Source: Porphyridium purpureum
Lineage: Eukaryota
Reading direction: 5' to 3'
NCBI GenBank assembly: GCA_008690995.1
Contig: VRMN01000015.1
Location: forward strand, 62,001 to 126,000
DNA length: 64,000 bases
The notes beneath the pieces are model-generated. The model had not been told where the DNA came from. It worked only from the letters and a program-made list of their open reading frames with translations, and did no database searches. How positions within the stretch are numbered: the first letter of the stretch is position 1; the number at the start of each line of letters is the position of its first letter. This document shows, piece by piece, positions 58,636 through 64,000 of the stretch. The position numbers and the translations under genes were made by a program.

Positions 58636-59775
58636 ATGGATGAGACGTCGGCCCCGATACAGGCTTTGGACGGGGATGGCGGTCCAATTCCTTGGAACTC
58701 GGCCCATATTGGCGCAGAACCCGCACTTCAGGAGGAAGGCGAGAAGAATGGTGATTCGCACGGCACGCATGTGCATCGTGTAGGCGAGTATGCTCTGGAG
58801 CATGTGCTGGGGTACGGCCACTTTGCCGAGGTGTGGAAGGCGGTGCATGTGCCGTCCGGCGAGCCGTTTGCGATCAAGGTGATCCACCGGAACTCGCCGG
58901 CTATGCGCGAGCTGGATAAGGCGGATGATCGCATCAAAACGGAGGTTCGCATCATGCGCACGCTGCGGCACCGAAATATCGTGCGCATCCATCATGTCCT
59001 GCACAGCCAAAACCGCTTCTACCTGATCATGGATTACATACCGAACGGTGAGCTGTTTGGAAGAGTATCACGTGCTGGTCGCCTCACGGAGCCTGTTGCG
59101 CGTAGGTACTTCAAACAGATCATTGACGCCATCGTGTATTGTCACAGCAGAGCTGTTTACCACCGAGACATCAAGCCGGAGAATCTTCTGCTGGACGAAG
59201 AGGACCAAATCAAAATAACGGATTTTGGCATGGGCTTCTGGCGTGAGCAAACCACTGCTCGAAGGATGAGCCAGGACGCGGGCAATGCGTTGCCAGAGCT
59301 TCTCAGCTCTTTCATTGCCACACCGGCATACACTGCGCCGGAAATGCTTGTCAGCATACAGACTGGCTATCGTGGCGACAAGCTGGATATTTGGGACTGC
59401 GGGGTGGTGCTGTACGTTATGCTGTACGGGCGCGTACCGTTCACGGCCGAGACAGAAACTCAGCTTTTTCGCCAGATCGTCTTTGGCACCGTCGAGTTTG
59501 CGCCGACTGTTTCTTTCAGTGCAATAGATCTTATGGGTCGTTTGCTTGAGAAGGATCCGGAAAAGCGCGCATCATGCGAAGATATTGTTGAGCATCCGTG
59601 GATGAGAGACGACCCGCTCGTCCCTCTGGGGGCTCTCCTAATGGAGGTCGGAACGAAGGACTCAGAAAGTGACAACGCTGATGTGAGCGGCGGCCCTCTC
59701 GCTTCTAATGCATGTACATCGCCTCCTCCTCCGCCTCCACCGCCGCCGCCGCCGCCACCTCCACCAAAGAATTGA
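58636..59775 (+). CDS. Ser/Thr protein kinase, CAMK group (SnRK/CIPK-like catalytic domain)
   Basis: LGYGHFAEV, FAIK, GELF, ARRYFKQII, YHRDIKPENLLLD, TDFG, APE; poly-Pro C-terminus. Confidence 0.9.
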   Translation: MDETSAPIQALDGDGGPIPWNSAHIGAEPALQEEGEKNGDSHGTHVHRVGEYALEHVLGYGHFAEVWKAVHVPSGEPFAIKVIHRNSPAMRELDKADDRIKTEVRIMRTLRHRNIVRIHHVLHSQNRFYLIMDYIPNGELFGRVSRAGRLTEPVARRYFKQIIDAIVYCHSRAVYHRDIKPENLLLDEEDQIKITDFGMGFWREQTTARRMSQDAGNALPELLSSFIATPAYTAPEMLVSIQTGYRGDKLDIWDCGVVLYVMLYGRVPFTAETETQLFRQIVFGTVEFAPTVSFSAIDLMGRLLEKDPEKRASCEDIVEHPWMRDDPLVPLGALLMEVGTKDSESDNADVSGGPLASNACTSPPPPPPPPPPPPPPPKN

Positions 59776-59941
59776 CGGCGTCGAAACATGAACGTGTCCA
59801 CCTGTGGACGTCGAAATGGTTGAGAAACTTTGCGGACAGTTTTAATGATGGCCGGGCGGAAAGAATCCCTCACTTTGCGCATCCAAGCGCTCAAGTATAG
59901 CGACGGAACGTGACTACCGTCACGTCCTTGGAGGCACGACG

Positions 59942-60574
59942 CTACGGCGTTGATTCGACTTGGTGGGCTCCCTTCGCATATTGGCACACATATTCGTGCC
60001 ATTCCTGGAAAATGCGCTCGCAGTATTGTCTCCTTACGGCGTCTAGCTTGAGCTGAGTTTCCGACGGCACGCGAGTGCGTAGACGATGATCAAAATAAGA
60101 TTGACGCGTACGGGAGGCAGATGCCAGTCTCTTCACGAACGATGACTGTGTGCTTCTCTGCCGCGCACCTTTTTTTGCGCAGCTCGCAGACTCCCGGCGC
60201 TTGTTCTTGGCGGGCTTCTTGCGCGCACTCAGCGGTGTTCTCTGAACGTCACAAGCCGACTCGTTGAAAGAAGCAGCAGCCGTTGGCGTGATGTTCGGCT
60301 CTAACCATGATCGGGTTGCGCTTCTTTCCGAGACGTACGCCTCTTCATGTATTTTTTCAATGAAGGATGGCCAATCAGGTTGCAACACCTCGTGCGTGAC
60401 GGCGGGAAACACAACGCAGAATGTGTCTAGCTCGCTTCCAACCGATGAACTCGGCCGCAATGATGAGTCTTCCACCTTTGCGCCTGCATGGCTTGTACTC
60501 GTTCCCATGAGCTGCGGGCCACCGTTCCACAGATCGACGGTCCAAGCGGAAAGAGCATCCTCGGGGAATTCCAT
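59942..60574 (-). CDS. Hypothetical protein
   Basis: About 210-aa ORF not overlapping another gene, with basic NLS-like RKKPAKNKRR and a helical C-terminus; no recognisable domain; start uncertain. Confidence 0.5.
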   Translation of the reverse strand: MEFPEDALSAWTVDLWNGGPQLMGTSTSHAGAKVEDSSLRPSSSVGSELDTFCVVFPAVTHEVLQPDWPSFIEKIHEEAYVSERSATRSWLEPNITPTAAASFNESACDVQRTPLSARKKPAKNKRRESASCAKKGARQRSTQSSFVKRLASASRTRQSYFDHRLRTRVPSETQLKLDAVRRQYCERIFQEWHEYVCQYAKGAHQVESTP

Positions 60575-61474
60575 GGTCTGCAAGGGGAGCTCCAAAAGCT
60601 CTCGTAGATGGGGGTTCTCGCTTACGCTTGTGTCCTGTCGCCGCTGGAGCAGAGTGAAAACCTCCGTTCAAACCTTTCTGTGGTCGCACTGGACGTGTTT
60701 CTGTCTCCCCGCTCTCGGTCCGGCGATCCGCGTTCGACCTTATATAATGCCAAGGGCAGAGACGTGTGCCATAACACCCACAGAAACGGATTCACACGCT
60801 TGATGATGGCAGGGATTAAACGACTTGCTTGCAAACCTCATCGAAATCTAGGTCCGTGTGCGTCGAGAGGCCAGCGCGTGCCAAGTGGCACAGCGTGAAT
60901 CACATTCCCCAATGGACAGCGGCTCTTCCAATCACGCACGGGAGCGCACATTCTGTGACTTTCTCTACCGCTGTTACTTCCACGTCGCGTGAGTGTCATG
61001 CAACTCGATCCGACTCTCCAGCAGCGCTTGGCGTGTCGCAACGTGTGGACATCGTCACCGTGGCACAAAAAGAGGGAATAAGAAAAACGGCTTGTGTAAA
61101 GCTTGCGTCTGATAGAGTCGACGTAGAAAGAAAGAGCGCTGGCAGAAAGCCGTCTGGAGGCACCGGCTTCAACACAGAACACGGCGTCGCCACTGGGTGA
61201 GTTTGTGGGGGAAGACGACCATCGCGCAAACACGCTGAGAACTGACCCACGCAACAAATAAATAATTGCGGAGGTCACGCGTCGCACGTCACGGCACACG
61301 TGACGCGAGGGTTCGAATACGATTCCGTAAGGAGGCAAAAGAGTCACAAAGAAACAATTCAATTTTGATTCTACTTCTGCAAAGCTCACAATCGTACGCA
61401 ACACGTCGGGGCTAATGACGCTCACTCGCTTTTCTACGCAGCACAAGGCACGGCCGTTCCTCGCACGTGCAGAG

Positions 61475-63211
61475 TTACGCGTCCATGTGTGGATACGACC
61501 AGCCCGGCAATCCGGTAAACGATTCCTTGACGCTGCGTGGAGAAACCCAGCGCATCAAATTGACGGGCGACCCGCTCTTGTCGTTGGTGCCGGACCGCCG
61601 CGAGCCGCCAAATGGCTGCTGAGAAACAATTGAGCCTGTGCTTTGGTTGTTAATGTAAAAGTTGCCCGCAGCATCGCGCAACGTATCGGATGCCTTCAAA
61701 ATCGCCGCGCGATCGCGCGCGAAAATACTGCCCGTGAGTGCATAGCCGCTCGTCTGGTTGACAAGGTGCAATACTGCCTCGAAGCTCTGTTCCGCGTCCA
61801 CCGAGTCGTCGTATGGATAAACAGTCAGCACCGGCCCAAAGATCTCCTGCTCCATGGTTTCGTAGTGCGGATTCGTAGTCTCGATGATTGTCGGCGCGAT
61901 GAAGTATCCCTTGGACATGTCGGCGACCCCGCCACAAATAATATGCGCATCGCTGCTCGCTCGTGCGCGCTCAATGTATCCCTGCACGCGCATAAACGCG
62001 CGCTCGTTGATCACGGCGGTCATAAAGTTTCGGAAGTCCATGGGACTGCCCATTGATACCTTCTCCACCTGCTCTACTAGTTTCTGCCTGAGCTGCGGCC
62101 AAAGCGAGCGTGGCACGTACATGCGGCTTGTCGCCGAACACTTTTGGCCCTGATATTCAAACGCGCCACGGATGGTTGCATGCAGAACGTTTTCCAAATC
62201 CGCACTGTGGTGCACCACGTGGAAGTTCTTCCCGCCCGTTTCTCCGACAATGCGCGGGTACGACTTGTACGTATCCAGACGCTCACCCACGTCGCGCCAG
62301 ATCTGGTTGAAAACCGCCGTGCTCCCTGTAAAGTGCACTGCGGCGAAATCTGGACTCGTCAGAGTGGCCTCCGAATATATTTTGCCGTTGCCTGGCAAGA
62401 ACTGGATGACGCCGTCCGGCAGGCCGGCCTCACGCAAGATATCGTACACAATATACGCCGCGTGCGTCGCGTTCTCGGCCGGCTTCATGAGCGCCACATT
62501 GCCCATAATCACAGGCGAGCTAGGAAGGTTCGCGGTGATGGCGATGAAGTTGAATGGCGTGATGCAGCTCACGAAGCCCTCCAGCGGGCGATACTCCATG
62601 CGATTCCACACGCCCGGCGAGTTCTCCGGCGGCTGCCACGCATGGATGTGTTCGGCCCAGCGCGCAGCAAAGCGCCAAAAGTCAATGGTTTCTACGGCGG
62701 CATCGATTTCTGCCTGCCACGCCGTCTTCCCCTGCCCAAGCATCACCGCTGCGTTCAGGCGTTGCCGGTACTTGCCCGCCAGCAGGTCGGCCGCCTTGAG
62801 GAACACCGCGTTCCTCTCATCCTGCGGCCAGGACGCCCACTGGGTCTTTGCGCGCATGGCGCCATCGATCGCAGACTTGACTGTGCCCTCATCGAGCTCA
62901 TCATACACGCAAATGCTCTTTTCGTGGTGGTGTGGCATCGGCTGGCGCACAGCAACGCCCGTCCATACGTCCTTTCCATCCACAATACATGGCACGCGCA
63001 ACGGATCCTCCGACGCCTGTTTATCCAGACGCTCAAGCTCGTCCTGCAGCGCAGCCCGTTCTGCCGAGCCCGGCGCATAGTGCAAGAACGGCTCGTTCTT
63101 GATCTGCGGGAGCTTGGACGCGCCGCTCCAGACCATGCGGCGCGCACCCGGCGAGTGTCGCGTTCGCAGCATCGCGGCAGTGCCCACACGCATGCGCAAA
63201 ACAGTCGCCAT
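61475..63211 (-). CDS. ALDH4A1: Mitochondrial delta-1-pyrroline-5-carboxylate dehydrogenase (ALDH4/PUT2 type)
   Basis: NEPFLHYAPGS.ER, GQGKTAWQAEIDA, YRPLEGFV, PFNF, FTGST, GETGGKNFH, FEYQGQKCSA, EIFGP, QQPFGGSR.SGTNDK; Arg-rich presequence. Confidence 0.96.
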   Translation of the reverse strand: MATVLRMRVGTAAMLRTRHSPGARRMVWSGASKLPQIKNEPFLHYAPGSAERAALQDELERLDKQASEDPLRVPCIVDGKDVWTGVAVRQPMPHHHEKSICVYDELDEGTVKSAIDGAMRAKTQWASWPQDERNAVFLKAADLLAGKYRQRLNAAVMLGQGKTAWQAEIDAAVETIDFWRFAARWAEHIHAWQPPENSPGVWNRMEYRPLEGFVSCITPFNFIAITANLPSSPVIMGNVALMKPAENATHAAYIVYDILREAGLPDGVIQFLPGNGKIYSEATLTSPDFAAVHFTGSTAVFNQIWRDVGERLDTYKSYPRIVGETGGKNFHVVHHSADLENVLHATIRGAFEYQGQKCSATSRMYVPRSLWPQLRQKLVEQVEKVSMGSPMDFRNFMTAVINERAFMRVQGYIERARASSDAHIICGGVADMSKGYFIAPTIIETTNPHYETMEQEIFGPVLTVYPYDDSVDAEQSFEAVLHLVNQTSGYALTGSIFARDRAAILKASDTLRDAAGNFYINNQSTGSIVSQQPFGGSRRSGTNDKSGSPVNLMRWVSPRSVKESFTGLPGWSYPHMDA

Positions 63212-63364
63212 CTAAGCGCGTCGTCCTATCTGCGAGCTCTTCCACGATCTCATCCACTATCGGCGCATCGCCACACGCCGTCACGTCGCGCCATGGCCAT
63301 CGAGTTCTCCCCTCCATGCTTCCACATGTAGCGTCGGCGCCCGCGAGATTTTCCACACAGCTCA

Positions 63365-63427
63365 CGGCTTATCGGCTTATCGGCTTACCGGCTTACCGGC
63401 TTGTCGGTTCCAACGGTTTATCGGCTC
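63365..63427. repeat. Imperfect 8-bp tandem array CGGCTTA(T/C) upstream of P5CDH
   Basis: CGGCTTAT x2, CGGCTTAC x2, CGGCTTGT, CGGTTCCA, then CGGTTTAT CGGCTC. Confidence 0.85.
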
Positions 63428-63547
63428 ACGTCGTCCATTCGTTCGAGTCAAACGAACACACGCGCCGGTTTGTTTTTTATATATTTTAAATCACGCGTGT
63501 GTTTACATAATGGACATTAAATAATTGCGCCCTTTTTGAGCTTTGTG

Positions 63548-64000
63548 CTAGAAGAAGTACTTGGCTTGTGTGCAGCTGCGCTCGTCGATGTAGCGCAGCA
63601 GGTCCTTCTTGGTCAAGATGCCCTTGACCAAGCCGTCCTCCACGACCAGCGCGTGCCGCACGCCCATCTGGACAAACAAGTCGTACACCGCGAGAATGGG
63701 CGTGCTCGGAAGCACCATGGGCAGAAAGTGATCCACCCATTTGGCCCAAATCAACGGAATCCCTTCCGCATCCGGATTCACCGAGGTAGGCTCGTCTAGA
63801 CTCAGTCCAAAGTGCGCCGTCAGAGAGCCAATGGCCCACTGAGAGGACATCGTGTCGTGCTGCTCTTCGCCAGCGTCATAGTTGGGTGCGTCCGAGATGG
63901 ATACGGGTGTGACGTCGCCGCTGGCCGACGGATGCTGCCGCGACCCGTTCGAGTCAGATCGCTCGATCATCTGACATGCGGTAACATCAAACAAGACTTC
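63548..64000 (-). CDS. C-terminal CBS domain, probably of a CLC chloride channel/antiporter (5' part outside the window)
   Basis: VDHFLPMVLPSTPILAVYDLFVQMGVRHALVVEDGLVKGILTKKDLL matches the CBS2 pattern of CLC proteins. Confidence 0.8.
   Translation of the reverse strand, partial: EVLFDVTACQMIERSDSNGSRQHPSASGDVTPVSISDAPNYDAGEEQHDTMSSQWAIGSLTAHFGLSLDEPTSVNPDAEGIPLIWAKWVDHFLPMVLPSTPILAVYDLFVQMGVRHALVVEDGLVKGILTKKDLLRYIDERSCTQAKYFF

Noticed and set aside
60838..61446. 202-aa minus-strand ORF downstream of P5CDH
   Set aside because: Non-ATG start and no domain signal; probably UTR/promoter sequence.

Overview
Gene-dense, essentially intron-free eukaryotic nuclear DNA, most consistent with a unicellular red alga such as Porphyridium (inference from a phycobilisome-linker-like gene, 'M..(A)FV..' plastid transit peptides and compact spacing). 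About 25 protein genes are supported: TOR (3' part), a C2H2 factor, an OS-9-like lectin, GT31, a TPR membrane protein, TatB/Hcf106, SufS, CruP, a Tim17/NDUFA11-like protein, sterol 3-beta-HSD, phytoene synthase, a small bZIP, an alpha/beta hydrolase, MAP2K, a CUE-Smr nuclease, an LRC5-like linker, a DUF1475-like membrane protein, two convergent BAR-like proteins, UTP10/HEATR1, CYP51, SPT6, a CAMK-group kinase, P5C dehydrogenase and the 3' end of a CLC channel. There are two mobile elements. One is a decayed DD34E Tc1 transposon with an IR/DR-like end structure (30073-31515). The other is an intact, very young GalEa-like Ty1/copia retrotransposon (43700-48795; 404-bp LTRs differing at one base, ATAGG target duplication) with TG...TA ends and a palindrome in place of a tRNA primer-binding site. 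The most unusual observations are that retrotransposon's priming site, an SPT6 with a CTD/CTR-like tail of 13 perfect RPMTPG repeats, a recurrent strand-biased promoter motif (GTACAGT), 8-bp-period CGG arrays in three promoters, and a SufS-CruP pair only 45 bp apart. All calls are by eye; no searches were run.
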